In this document: positions 12,774 through 25,949 of the stretch, piece after piece
Layout of the letters: each line of letters starts with the position of its first letter
Position numbering within the stretch: the first letter of the stretch is position 1
NCBI GenBank assembly: GCA_973895155.1
Contig: OZ316891.1
Location: 28,215,145-28,279,144 of the forward strand
Direction of reading: 5' to 3'
Source: Marsupella aquatica
Lineage: Eukaryota; Plantae; Marchantiophyta
Length of the DNA stretch: 64,000 bases
Notes under the pieces: model-generated
What the model was told of the DNA's origin: nothing
The model's input: only the letters and a program-made list of their open reading frames with translations
Databases searched by the model: none
Made by a program: the position numbers and the translations under genes

Positions 12774-12821
12774 TCCACGTGCTACCTGAATTTTCTTCAG
12801 CCCTCCTTTTGGCTGTGGTCT

Positions 12822-12830
12822 GGGGGGGGA
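12822..12830 (+). promoter_or_regulatory. Putative polypurine tract
   Basis: G8A lies about 32 nt after the polyprotein stop and is conserved in copy B (62084-62092). It is followed by TACAG and only 175 bp of unique sequence, not a TG-starting LTR. Confidence 0.65.
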
Positions 12831-15800
12831 TACAGAGGTTTACACCTCCACTACGTACATACCACTTCATTTGCTTTTTCTTGGCACTTGTGAATGTGAT
12901 TGGACTTTTTCTATGCATGTTGGTTGCTAGCAGCTTGCACATATGCCTTGCCGGTGACTTGTATGTTTTCGATACACTATGGCTACGATACTATATGTCA
13001 CGAAAGTAGGCATAAATAAAAAAGCCTAGTAAAGCTTTGGAGTTAACTGCATGGGAGTGGCACAAAGTGGAATCTACTTAGAGCCCCTAAAACCAGCTCC
13101 CTCTGCCTTACTAAAGAGGGTGAAAGTATGGGCCCTCTGTAATGCAACTGACACCCTCTATCTAAAGAAGGTGGTGAGCCCTATGTCTAAAGAAGGCGAT
13201 GAGGTGAGCCCTATGTCTAAAGAAGGCGATGAGGACAGATACAGGTGGAAAGGTCTCGGCTCAATTAAAAAACTGCTCAAATAGCAAAGGTTATCCCATA
13301 CTAGCATGCTCTTACCAATAAAGGCAAGTCCATACACACTTGTCCATAAGTGCATGTGTACATTAATCCACGCTTTGCACTTACAAAGTTTTCTATAGGG
13401 AGAGTCAGACACTTCCCTTATTACGCTTTTACTGTCAGTGTTTCTCCGTCGCCACAACTTGACTTTATATTGTGGACTTCAGTCTGTCAAGAATCGAGAG
13501 TTAGCTGGTGCTCGAGTCTGCTATTCTCATCAGTGTTTAGATCCTAGATTCTTATACTTAGCTCATCAGAATGTCATACTCGCCAATAAAGCTTTTGAGA
13601 ATTTACCTGACAAATATGAATGGGCAACTTCTTCCTTTCAGCCTGGCTTGAATCCCTTCGTGGTAGTTTGAGTTTGGGATCAATCAGCATTCCTGGCAAA
13701 TATTTTGTCCGGTACACATGCCTGGGCCGAACAAGCACAAACACCTGTCTAAGTTAGTCGTGTCTGGGTGAGCTGACTTACACTTAGTCACTTACAACAC
13801 CTGTTGTTAACATGAAGTACTGTAGATCCTCTAGGTCGCTTCCATAGAGATAAATAAAACCAAGGTACACAAATTTGTCTCGGTAGTGGGTCTATTTGAT
13901 CAATTTGTCACTGTCTCCTTTTCCCTGCAATGTAAATCGATCTGGTCTTTCTTTGAAGAAAGACTGAGGAATTATTCGAGACTTCTTAGCAAGGTTACTA
14001 AATTCTTGCATCTGAAGCTGAAAGATAGAACTACTATGGAACTGAACTACCCCATTTCATTTATATGATCTTGATCTCATTCACATAAGCTCGAGGAGAC
14101 GGGGGTACGTCATTCTCTGTGACGCGCGATAAGAAATGAAAGTGCATTTTGCTGGATTATTTGCAAGCTGGCAGAAAATAGTGCACGACTGTGCTTGATG
14201 ACATTCGTGATTATCAATCCGCCGTTTCCTTGGTTTAGCAGCAGCTGATGCTAGAACTGTATTCGGGACACTCAGGCATGTTCATAGGTTGTTGGTTTTC
14301 TTCAAAATAATCGCAACCTTTGGATTGAGATTTGGCACTTATGGAGTGCGCACCTAAAGAGAGACAACTGTATCGTTACTCACACTTTGTCAATGCTTGA
14401 GACTCTCAAACGTCTCTCACCACTGAAATACCAAGATTCAATTCTTTCGATTGAAATAAAGCATAAAGAACATGATCAAGAACATGTACACAATTTTATC
14501 TGAACCAAACTTGTCGTCTACTTCACCTTTTCTTAATCACAGGCATTTCAAAACTCAAAAAGCAACGACAGCTCTGCCACAACGACAGCTCTGCCACAAC
14601 GACAGATGAAGGTGGTTCAGCTGAATACTCACAGATAGAACAGTCGCACTCTTGATCTTGGTAGAGAATTTCGAAATGAAATGCGACCATGATACGTACA
14701 GAATACCTTGTGAAGTATTTGTTCACTTAGTAATGGCTATCCAGAGTAGCGACTTGATTTTCGCCCTCCGCGCGAGACGAACTAGAGAACAACCTCATAA
14801 ACCAGTCCTAGATGTAAAGAACTTTTCCCGCATATGATTGTCACAATGAAATTCGCTAGAGAGAAGGACTTTGTGAATGTTTCAAACAGGGCCAAAGTCG
14901 CAGTTGGACGTCGTTCGGAGCATGGAGAATCCATTGCAACAGTGTCAATTGCCCACAGACTGTGCTCCAATCTAGCTAGAAGCATAGATAGTTGCATTTG
15001 GTCCCGCATGTCATCAAGAGTTGGCTCGCATGAGAGAATCCATTGTGGCAATCAAGGGCGAGAAAGCTTCTCTATACCATATTTATTCCTCGACCGCGCC
15101 CTCCTTGGCAGATCACTGAGCAGACGCTGAGTGTAATGTTAGGTAGAAAAATGTGGACAATCGCTAGATGATGAGGAAGACGAATCCGAAATGAATTAAA
15201 CCTCATGAGGCAAGAAATCGTTACTACACGTGCAACCATTGCCTCCACATGCATAGTTATGCTCCACAATCCATAAGTCGATCTCCTTGCACGAAATGCG
15301 CGTGAAGATTTCTAATCATGAGCAATGTCGACATCATTCTGATCACTTTTTGATGCGAGGATCGAGGAGTGGCCATGCCATGCAGATGTGCTGTTTCTGG
15401 AGGCACAATAATTAAACGTGTGCTCTTTGTTAATTAAGACAGTTCAAAATTCTATCAGTCCGTCCAATTCACTCAGTCGCCTCAGAAATGCGCACTGCAG
15501 GACCATCATGCAATCATTCGCTACTAGGCAAGAGAGCCCGCAAGAGAGTGCTCGGTCGAGGCTAGAGGGCAGGTGAGCAAATCAGATCAAGACAACAACA
15601 TGCTTTGCTTCGATTTGCTAGTGACTAGACAAAGCTCAAACCACTGTGTAGGGAGATTGGAAGTGTTGGTCTTTACTCCTTCGTCCGGAAAACAATTGCT
15701 CATGCAGGCCATGTGGCAAGCACGGATCGTCATGCTGCCCCTCGAGACAGTGAGAAAGGGAGTAATGTGCTCACGGACTCAGATTGTGTCAACACTGTGA

Positions 15801-16087
15801 TCGAGGCCATGTCAACATCTTGTCGACATGCCCGCTGCCAACCGGCTTGCTCGGTCAGAACGAACCTGTCTATTATCTATACCCGAGAGAATTGCCAACT
15901 ATGGATGTGGCTCAGCCCCTTTTTTCAATGATATCTGAAAGGAATCAAGTGTGCACTTGAACCTTGATTACACCTGAAAGGAATCAATTGTGCCACTTGG
16001 AGTTGATTCCACCATGTACTTTGCCCCTCAACCATACAATTGGGGTGCCTCAATTAATCTAATTGCACATCAAAATATGACAATGTA

Positions 16088-16477
16088 GGGTGGACGACGT
16101 CACTCCATGGGTTACCCTACGCCTAATAAAGGGGAGAAACAAGGAAAAGACCAGGAAGACCAAAGACCCCAAAGTCCAAGAGTCCCAACTAGAGTAAAGA
16201 GAGAGGAGTTGGTAAAGAATGGCCGTCTGGTCAAGTGAGCTTTGGTTTGACACCTTACTCTAGGATTACATCCCATTACCCCCTCTTGGGGATGGGTTAC
16301 CCTACACCTAATAAAAGGGGATAACCAAGGAAAAGACCAGGAAAACCAAGGAGCCAAAACCCCAATAGTCCCAACGCGAGTAGAGGAGCCAAAAGCTAAA
16401 GAGTCCCAACTACAGTAGAGTAAAGAGAGGAGAGTTGGTAAAATTTAGAATGGCAGTCTGGTCAAGTGAGTTTGGTA
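16088..16477. repeat. Imperfect tandem duplication (~200 bp)
   Basis: gggttaccctac.cctaataaa...aaggaaaagaccagga...gagttggtaaa...tctggtcaagtgag occurs at ~16088 and ~16294. Confidence 0.7.
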
Positions 16478-17261
16478 CCACAGCACAGTACTGTGGCGAC
16501 GTGATACTAGGAGTACACATTACCGTGCCAAAATGCTGTACAGCACTGCACTTGTGTACGAGTGTGTACAACGCTCATGTACGAGTGTGTCCCTTCGTCT
16601 GACTCGAAATCCTGGAGAATTTGAGTCTCAAGAGTCGAGAAGGATGAATAAAAACCTCCGCTAGCAAATAGAGCAGACACACCCATTCCTCAGATTAAGT
16701 TTTCGCAAAGAGATGACTCGCAGAGAGCCAGATCTCTAGCTGAATTTTGATTTCAGCGCTGCACTTCGGTCACCAGTTGAAGGACGAAGCTGGCTGGTTG
16801 GCTCGGGACCTGGCCGTTGGAAATTTCGTCATTTGAAGTTCCTGTGGCTCATTTCGGGGTCAGGAGCTTTCGATTGAACAGGTAATTCGATTTTGTGCTA
16901 GGGACGATTCATTGGATGTGATTTGTCGGGTTTTTGAGTTCTCCGAGTTCGACCACACCAACTCAATGAGATTTTCAATAGCTAGTGCCTGACATCGTTT
17001 GATTGATGGAGGAAGTTGTCTGGCAAGCTCTTACTGTGGATTATTTTTGTGCATTGTTTTGATCTCGCAGACACCAGAGGCAGTGGCCAAATCCAGCTGA
17101 GTTAGCGCATTATCCTCGTCGGTCTTCAGGAGATTTTATATACACTGAGATACCAGTGCAGGTCTCCAATTGCAGCAAACTGTTTCAACCGAGCGCTTGC
17201 GGTTGATCCACTTTCGAGGTCTTGCTTGCTCTGGAGACACTCGATCTCGATCTAGCTCGCT

Positions 17262-18833
17262 ATGAATTCTTTGGTTAGACCTTCCTCTTCGCCTGGTGGA
17301 CAGCTGGGGCAACACTTAATCGATGGGAGCAATGTTCTGGGAATGAGAAACGCGCTGACCCACAGCCCATTGTCATTGAACGTCGCGGACGAGAATGTCT
17401 CAAGATACACTGGAAGCGAATTGAAGGCAGCGCAGGCAATACTCGAGCAGCCTAGCAGAGCTTTAAGCGTTAATACTCAAATGCCAGGGGACAAAAGCAG
17501 TACTGATTTTGGTAAGTGATTCTCACTGGTATTCACGCTCAGTTTCAAGGTAGTTATTAGCTCCGTCCTGCACAAAGTAAGCTACAGGTCGTCGCTAGGT
17601 TGTCATACCATGTTCCGATGGGTATCTCTTCTAAGACAGTGTCCAATTTCATATTATTGTTCACACATCGAGGTACAGTAGTCAATCAAAGGATGGTCGT
17701 TTTCTCCGTCTGGAACGAGTGGAATGATTAGCAAGAATGCACTCGAGTCAATTGTAATTTATAGTTGTTTTGAAACTTGGTAGAGAGTTTCAATTTCTAG
17801 CCTGGGGAATTAAAATAAAGGCTGTCCACCATTACAGGTAGCAAACTAATATTGAGCAGCACCCATCTAGCCGGCAGTTTGGTACTATGTACATTCAACA
17901 CTTCGTTGATTCTTTCAATCGCCTCCTGGATTTTGGTGTCTTCCAAGATTTTCAGATAGCTGGCTAACGCCTTTGCAAACGACGATGAATGTAATTAGAA
18001 AGTTGATTCTCATGATGGGCATTTAGCTATGGGTTGAACAATCTTACGGGCTGATTGAATTGACCAAGAAGACGTTATATGTGACGTATGATGGTGTAGG
18101 ATCATGCACTCTAGGGGCAGGAACGAGTAGAGAGGACGGAGTAGCAGAATTCAAAGGCCCTGCTGTCCATGGATTAGTGCGTTTCTCTCAAGTAAACCAC
18201 CAAGAAGCGAGAATTGAGGCAGAATTTGATGGTTTGACTCCTGGAAGGCTGCTTTGCTGCTCTGTGAACGAGTACGGCGACCTGCGGGAGGGAGCTGCAA
18301 GCACGGGCAACACTTATTGTCCCCTTTCGATCGGATCACTTGCCCGGGAGCCGGTATTTAATTCCTTCTCTTAGTATTGAAAGACACAATGGAATTCAAA
18401 CAATTATCTCTCCATGATACGCAACTGTATGAATCAGCTCTTACTCTAACGATTGCCCTCCTGTGTTAATTTGGCAAAATTCTCTTAGAGACTCAATATT
18501 TGACAATCCGTTACCATACGACCGTGAGAGGAATATATTTACGAAGGGTGCTGAATTTGTTCGTAGGTTGGTGAGGCGGCACCCGGCATTCTCGGAACTA
18601 TTACTGCAGACAGCGTGGGGCACGCTACATTCGTGGGGACAAGCTCGCGCCTTGCAGTTTGGGATGTCATTGGGCGGTCTGTCGTACTCTATCAGATTTC
18701 AGGCGAAGAACAGAAATCGCGTCCGACAGATGCCATTGCCGCTTCCGTGATTGCCAGGAGCTCAGTCCGCGGAACTGGTGCTCTTAACAGGCTTTGTGCA
18801 TGCGATGGAACAGTCGTCTGGCAATCTAGATAG
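17262..18833 (+). CDS. Copper chaperone for SOD (CCS)-like protein lacking the N-terminal HMA domain; exons 17262-17511, 18100-18353, 18567-18833
   Basis: VAEFKGP..GLVRFSQV...ARIEAEFDGLTPG..VNEYGDL..GAASTG and VIGRSVVLY...VIARS...LCACDGTVVW match plant CCS domains II and III (CxC). The GT-AG introns preserve the frame. Confidence 0.85.
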
Positions 18834-19898
18834 TCTTGTCAACTGATTAAAATGATATGTGGCTCTTACTTGCAGTAAAGAAACTCTAGGTAGAAAATTT
18901 CGCTAGAAGTTGTAGAAGCTCCTTAATTCATGCACTGGCCTTGGGTGTATTAATTTCAAAACAGCTCTGGTAGATCGTTGGTTAATTATTGATCCGATGC
19001 TACAGTAGTTTCCGAAGCAATTCGAATTCATGAAGCGAATCACAGTGTTAGATCAAGGGTGGAACTTTTACACTAGAGTCTGCTGGCTCCAACCCAGAAT
19101 ATTGATCCACAAAGACGGCTTCATTCACACTTTCCTAATGCACACTATCAATTCTCCATACCGGTAGAGATACATTGGAACAGGACTAGATTTATTAGTA
19201 GGTTTTCGACTGGGAATAAATTACTCGCTGTTCGTTGAACCTGGGATTCGTTTGAACTCAATTGTTGCGTATCATTTTTGAGTCCCAAAATTCATCCAAG
19301 CACAGTAGTGTACGAACTGTAATCCTTTTGTTATCTCTGAGTTGGGATCTGCTAGTTCCTCCACAAAGCTTAATATCTGTATGGCTGTGGAAAAGAACTA
19401 GATGAGCTTTATCCCTGCTGATTACCTGATAACAATGGTCCTCGCCACAAGCATTATTTTGTTGATGGTAGAATTCACAATTCACAGGAAAGCTTAACCT
19501 CTTTGCAGGTGAGAGGAACAGGCAAACCAAAGGCATCCATCTAGTCTTGACTTTGCCTCAATTCCACTCACTTCGGTATTGAATGCATGAGATCGACCTG
19601 AGTGCACGAGATGGACCTGACTGCTCTACCTTGTACTACCAAACTGGCTTATATGTAAAACAATGCACAAGTCACCCCAAAGATCTTGTATGACTTCTCA
19701 ACATGCCATCTCCCTCACTTATGAGTTGGAATAACCTTTTTCCAAGAGATGCATTACAGTTCATGTCATCTCAGCAACTTCCAGCTTTCAGATTCCACCT
19801 TGATTTTCAGCACGCCTTCAACAAGGTGTGATACACAAGTCACTCGCTGCGGTAATCCCGTTGGTAGACAGGGGACTTCCAAGAAAGGCAGAGGTCAG

Positions 19899-22800
19899 TC
19901 AATCGGAGATCTTATGCTGTTGTTGTTGCAAGCCTGATTGGTATACTTGCAGCTCTTCACGAAAGGTTTCGTTGTCAATACACAGATGGTTTATTGCAGT
20001 CCAGCAAAGCTGACAGAGATTTCATGCTTGGTCAGGAGCAAATTCAGGGACAACACTCGTAGTGACCTTTAGCAACAACAGTGCAGACTCGAGCCAGCTG
20101 AATTGAACACTTCTGTAACGGATGGCTATAATATTTAACATCACGTTTTTGCGTGGAGAACATTGTGAGATACATCAAGTTTCTATCTCAAATCAAATCC
20201 TAAAGAGACTTTCATTAACTCATACAATGTGATACCGGTCACTACCTCAATCTCCATGCTTTGCTCGCTTGATTGCTTTTGAATCTTCTCCAATGATTGC
20301 TGCATGTTGTTCAGATAAAGATGTCATTAGTTAAGTCGATGCCATCACAGAGCAGTAGATTCGACCCTGAGCTGAATTCGAACCAAAGAATTAGATGACC
20401 TCTTCTCGAGTTGTCACCCTGCTACAACTTGAGTCACTTGTTAAGGAAGGACGCCCAGATGGTTCCCTAGCTTAAAAAGGTTCCTGACCTTTCCCACGAC
20501 CGCTCAGCCACGAGGGGTTAAATTCCTTGTTTTTTTGTAACGAGAGGAGCTTTGGCATATATATATAATAAAACACCTGAACGAAAACTACGTAACCACC
20601 AGAGTACCCTCGTTACAAAATAAAACACCGAAAGTATTTTAGTGAAGTGCTGGATTATCTCAGATAAGTCCTCTGTTTAGATGTGGACGTAATCCTTGCC
20701 ATAACCGCTTGCAATTAAGGGGGGAAAAAAAGATAAGAATCGCCATACTCGAGGACTGAACTTTGACAGTGGTATGTGAATCATTCGAGTCATCTACCCT
20801 TTTTTAAGTCTAGGTGCTATTCAGATCTGTCGTGAACCTTGTTATGAACCTTCTCTCTTTACCAACATGCAACCCTCGCCCTCTTCCTCCCTCCCGCCCT
20901 GAACATTAACGAATACCCACCCAGTAAGACAATTGAAGAGGCCAAGAATGAGGGATGAGGACTAAGAACTTGTTGATTACTCACACCCATTTGCTGGCTG
21001 TCGCTTTGCAAAGTACAGAGCTGGTCCTGGATATGCTGCATGCTCCTTGACAATGCCTCACAGGCCTGCATACACTGCTCAGCAACAATAGGTCGTCTCG
21101 ATTCTCCAAGATTTTTCTCCGAAGCAGTGCTGCTGATGTCCCTGCTGGCGTTCAGGCTTCCAGTGCGAATATTACTGCTTGAGCAGCTCACCTTACTCAC
21201 CTTCCTCTCTTTCTTAAGTAAATGATAATTTCCTTCCATGAAGTAGGGCGATAGGGCCTCCTGTCGTTGTCGCCTAAGTGACTTTATGGCAAGATCCGTT
21301 CTGCGAGGGTAATTCCTTGTCAGGACCACATGCAGCATCAAAAATGTACAGAAATACTCAATGTTACAAGTCATTGTCGATACAAACAATTGACGAGCAC
21401 AACGATATTTCCTTACGAGTGACAAACACTACACTACAAATGTTGGACGAACTCTTAAATGTTTGTAATAATTGTGAGAATCGACAGTTCTGATCGAAGA
21501 GATGCCAAGGTCATGCCCTCCGCAACACTCAAAGCATTTCTTCAATGAAACCCAATCCCATGACAATATTTTGGGTAAAGATTCCGTTGAGGCTGTATGC
21601 ATGTCGCCACAAGCAGGAATAACTGCAGGCTGAGAACCGGTTTCAATAAGGTAATGAAACTCAAATCAAAGCCTCATTCTAGTGCCTCACTTATCCAGGC
21701 GTTGGTTGATGGAAGCAGCATGACGCCTGAATTGCTTTTGCACCATTGCAGCCACTTTCTTTCCTGCTGGCCGCTGGACCCACAATCTGCCTCTAGCAAG
21801 AAAACCCTGCACATGAGTTATGTGCAAATAATGGTTGTAACATTTGAGACTGCGAGTACTCGTCATTGCTAAGCGACCCATTTCAGGACTATTGGACTCT
21901 GTCGGCGATCGAGCTTGCAGGCCTTTTCGATATTCAAGGAGATGAATTAGTATTCAAGCCAAGAACTGAACGAAGCATGGGACCTTTCCTGTAACTCTCT
22001 TTCAAACGGCTAGAACGTTTTACTCATCAGCACAATTAAGCTTCTTGTTCTGAGCAGAGGGAGTTTTATTGAGGTGCATACTACTTTAGCATGGTGGTTT
22101 TTATTCAGGAACTTGTGTGTGGATCGGGTTCACCGTCATCTTTCTCACTACCATCTCCATGTCATTTTACTAAGTGACTTTCATGTTCAGCATACAGTTC
22201 AGAGACACATGTGTGTCCAGGAGCCCTTACTTTCATCTTGGTCTGTTTTGATCTATCTCGCTTTGCTAAGCGACGCTCCAAGCCAATGATGTTCCTCATC
22301 ATCTCCTCCAGAATGTTTGCACTTGCTGCAGAACCATCGGTGGCATTCGGATGTGCTGGTTGGGGTGCTGGATCTTCTTTGTCTTGTGGGTGCTCTTGTA
22401 AATTTCTCATAGAATTCGGCTCAGGAGTATGTGAGATATTAGCCTTTGTCTTAGTCACCACCCTCTCAACTCTCCTTTCACCAGGCCATCGATCATCTAT
22501 GATTCCTGTCAGCTTTTCCATCTGAGCCCTGAATTCCATTCTCGAAATCGATTTATTGATATGCGTGATGCCGTCAGGAATCTGTGATCCTCCAAGGGTT
22601 CCAGAGCTCTGATCTGCATTACTCAGCAGCTGCTCGCTAGACATATCTTGTACCATATCTGGCTCTGGCCACTGCTGACTCTTCTTTGAGATGGGTTCCG
22701 TTATCTCCTTCTTTGCAGTAATTGTAAACCTCTTGGACATGGAATAATTATCCAGATTTCGCAAGATTTCATCCAGGTTTCGTATTTTCTGGGAAATACA

Positions 22801-23307
22801 AGCAGATGCGGCAGGCCGCGCGGAGGCATTCTGATGATGATTCTTGTTGTGTTTTAGATCAAGCGTGGTAGTACTGCCTAACCCACATCTCTGCAAAATT
22901 CCCTGCAAGGTGGAGGAGCCTGATGTGGGCGGAGAAGGGAGAGCCGGAGGAGAACAGTCTGTTCCTCCTATGGCGCCAGGGCTACAGTAAGCAATCTTAT
23001 TAGGAGAGAAGTACGGAGCAGTGGACGATCGAATCCTCTCATGTGCAGTAGCAGCGCCCCATGTTGCGGCAGCAGTGCTCGCGGAGAAAAGCTCAGACGT
23101 GAGGTCAATACCGACACCTGCTTTGGATGAGTTGAAATGGGGGAATGGGAACTTTGGGAAGGCATTGGAGGCCGATGATGCTGATCCTCCTTGGGAGAAG
23201 TCATGCAATTTCTCTAAAGAAAACAAGGGATCTGTGTTCATTTGAAGGAGGGTAGGTGAGGGGAATGAGGACGCAGATGCATAGGGTGCACTAGGTTGCA
23301 AATCCAT
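19899..23307 (-). CDS. Multi-exon host gene of unknown function (Ser/Pro-rich N-terminus, coiled-coil C-terminus)
   Basis: 381-aa ORF at 22162-23307, plus downstream coding-like segments (~21690-21795, ~20990-21310, ~20245-20305, ~19899-20010) with heptad-like Q/E/L content and plausible splice sites. The exon model is approximate. Confidence 0.55.
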
Positions 23308-25374
23308 GGTGGTTGCCTGCTGAATTGCAGTATCAGAACAGATCCTCTTCCCTGATATCTCCTCTCAAGAGCAAACTCAATATACAGGGATTCTGTTACG
23401 TTTCCCTGTCGACCGAAAGAAGGTTCATAAACTACATAACAAGTTGAGAGAGGTAGATTGGACCAGTTTGAAATTGGATTTCACTTCAAAGAGACAACTA
23501 ATTTGAATTGACTGAATTTTGACCCCTGGGGCAGAGTGAAGTACAGTGGAGGCAAGTAGCCACATGGGAACTCTAACCGTCGGAAAAGACAAGGAGAACC
23601 ATTCCTAGAAGCAACAACTACACTCCTCCGTTGAACGTTGAGGGCAGACAAATGAGATAGACAATTCGAGCATTTCCAGTGTCCAGCTTTCAGAGCTCCC
23701 CAAGATTCACTTCTGGGTTTCATTAACAGCGTTGTGTTGAGAGAAATCAATCACTCTGCCCGTCTTGAGTTGCGCCTTGCCAATCGATCTTGCCTTAAAA
23801 ACACTCGCTCTTGCCTTCGTAAACGCCTGGCTCGCCAAGCCCTCCAGACGAAAGAGCCAACTAGCGCAGCGAGACCCACAGCTACCCAAAGGCGAACACT
23901 CCCAATCACCAGAAGTGCTTCAAGCTTTTTCCTGACCTTTGATATTCTTGAAGGTGGTGCTCGCTTCAATTGCCAAAACATCGAAAATTTGCATTAGAGT
24001 TTGGGAGTTTCTTCCGTCCTCGACCAGATGCTCGAATTTTCCAGCCGTCAGCTATCTAACTCTCCTCAAAATCCAACCAGTGTATTGTGTTTTACCTCGG
24101 ATTTCTTCACCTAGCGGGCTACGTGGCAGAAGAGACTACACAATACTGAGAATTGCATCAACAATGCATTGCAAACACCCGTCCGCCGAACCAGAGGCCT
24201 CCAGAAAAACCGAGGAGTTCACAAGGAGTTGCTGTGCATTGAATTTTCAAATCGCTTTGTAGGATAACGAGGAGAATTGGCACCCAAAACTCTGAGAGAT
24301 TTACAGAAAAACGAAGGCGTGACGCTTCTAAGGCACATGAAATATTTGCTAGGATGCGACCGGGGCAATAATGCATGGGGAATGGCTGACAATGTCTCAA
24401 ACTACAAGAGACAGAAGAAAAATGACAAGAAGAATGATTCAGCAACAGAGAAACTTGGCTTATACGTCAGCAACGGACGGTAAGGAAGGTAGGTCATGGA
24501 TCCATTAGCATAGGGAACTAATCTGAACCAGAAGTGGGAGATATCAGAGCCCACACAATCTAAGATCCATATTGGCTGCAGTAATGCAAATCCTCGAGTA
24601 TTCAAGTCGAGTGACCAAACCTAACCTGCAATTTAGTCAAGAGTGCAACATCCCTTCAGAGATTTCAGCAGAAACTAGACAATTCCTGAAACAACATTGC
24701 AGGGAAAAGTCGGCATGGAGCAATTTGCCGATGACAAGTGACACAAGTGCTCAGTCATGCAAGCACTAGGAGCAATGGAATGCCAACAGGAAACAAATCG
24801 ACAACGCCAAAGATGAGGGAATAAGTGCATCAACTCAAAAATGATCCGCAATCTCGGAACAGAAAGAGAAGCAAAATCAAACCATATTGAAACAAAGATC
24901 ATGCAATTATGACAGAGAGCTGAAGAACATCTCATGTCAATGAGCAATATGAAAGGTGAAACAAATTCAGGGCAAATGCAGCAATGTCAGAAAACAGTGC
25001 TAGTCGGAACTCAATCTAGACTTCTCTGTTGATTAACAAAAAAGGTGCACGAATGCCCCTCTCAGAAAGCTCATTTGCAATTCAGAAAGAAACCTTGATG
25101 CAGAGGGCTACTAAGGCCATCAATTGAATGGCATTTCACTGCCTTCCCGTCCTTCATTCGTGAACTCATCATCCCTGAATTGCAGGAGGAGTGCTCAACT
25201 GACAGTATACGGAGCACGAGTGACTGAGAACAAACCGTTGTTGAACTACGTACCCTACATAGGAACTGTGTAAACCTCAACACGGTAGCAGGCGACTATG
25301 GTAAACTATAGGATCCCAGTGATTGGTTTCCGTGCAGTCCCCTCCCCCTTCCCTCTCCATTAAACTACAACTTA

Positions 25375-25724
25375 GGGCCACTTTAGAAGACGGGCGTGGC
25401 AATTTAGTCCCTCTTTTTTCAGGATCAAATCAATCACGGCCGTTGTTTCAGCCTGCCCGGTCACTCCTTGCTTTAGAAGACTGGCGCGGCAAGTTGAGCT
25501 GCGGGAACGACTGAACCTGCATTCTGGTATGGATCAGCTCGGGCTAGCCGGCTCGGGACTCTCATCCGGGCGCTAGACTATCAGACCTCCAGAGGTGCAA
25601 AAATGGGCAGGCCGCTTTCTCCTACAATTCCTGCCTTGGATTCTACCGTACACAAAAAGTTGGGCTCTGTTACAGCCCTGGTAGAAAGTACTCAAATTGC
25701 CGCGCCCGTCTTGTAAAGTGGCCC
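25375..25724. mobile_element. PIF/Harbinger (Tourist-like) MITE, 350 bp
   Basis: About 31-bp TIR GGGCCACTTTA(g/c)AAGACGGGCG(t/c)GGCAATTT at both ends, with a TTA TSD on both sides. Confidence 0.88.
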
Positions 25725-25949
25725 TTAGAACCAATTGAAGTAAAGAGGGGAACCAGTTTATTTCTAAAGGCCATACAAAGTGCAATAGAGCAAAAATCAA
25801 AAGAGGTCCATGGAGGAGGGAGAACCAATGTGTTTTGTAGCCAGTACATTCCCATTTTCCTGCTCATAGCAATGAGAATGAATGTTGTCCTCTTTCCTCA
25901 TCACATTAGAAGAACCAGCAATACTACTCTTTCTGTGAAGGTAGATAGA

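Larger units (their letters stand above)
5088..12789 (+). pseudogene. Gag-PR-DNMT-RT-RH-IN-PHD polyprotein of copy A (ancestrally one ORF of about 2,470 codons)
   Basis: Zinc knuckles CNYCGNPNHKANEC and CDFCGKVGHLEAVC; protease MLDTGAQ; RT MCGDYRPLN, MPFGLKNAP, YIDD; RNase H HTDWS, EGECLAVVWAV, TDHQPL, NADTMSR; integrase HHCC, CDLAG, TDQGSEF, GLTERM; C-terminal PHD. Broken by TAG stops at 5931, 8581, 9835 and 12010, a 7-nt deletion near 6105 and a MITE; copy B lacks each of these lesions. Confidence 0.93.
3351..13005 (+). mobile_element. LTR-less Ty3/Gypsy-type retroelement carrying DNMT and PHD domains, copy A
   Basis: Homology with copy B starts at TGTCATG (3351) and ends at TGTCACGAAA (13005). 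4-bp TSD GTAG at 3347-3350 and 13006-13009. Encodes gag-PR-DNMT-RT-RH-IN-PHD. The two terminal regions are not direct repeats. Confidence 0.93.

Noticed and set aside
12831-13005. Conventional 3' LTR matching the 5' end of the retroelement
   Set aside because: Compared by eye with 3351-5063 in both copies; there is no direct repeat beyond the ~10-bp TGTCAYGMCR termini.
14520-15300. Possible pseudogene on the minus strand
   Set aside because: Only short broken ORFs with no recognisable motif.
24534-24553. tRNA-Met PBS-like ATATCAGAGCC
   Set aside because: It lacks TGG and has no adjacent LTR or gag; probably chance.
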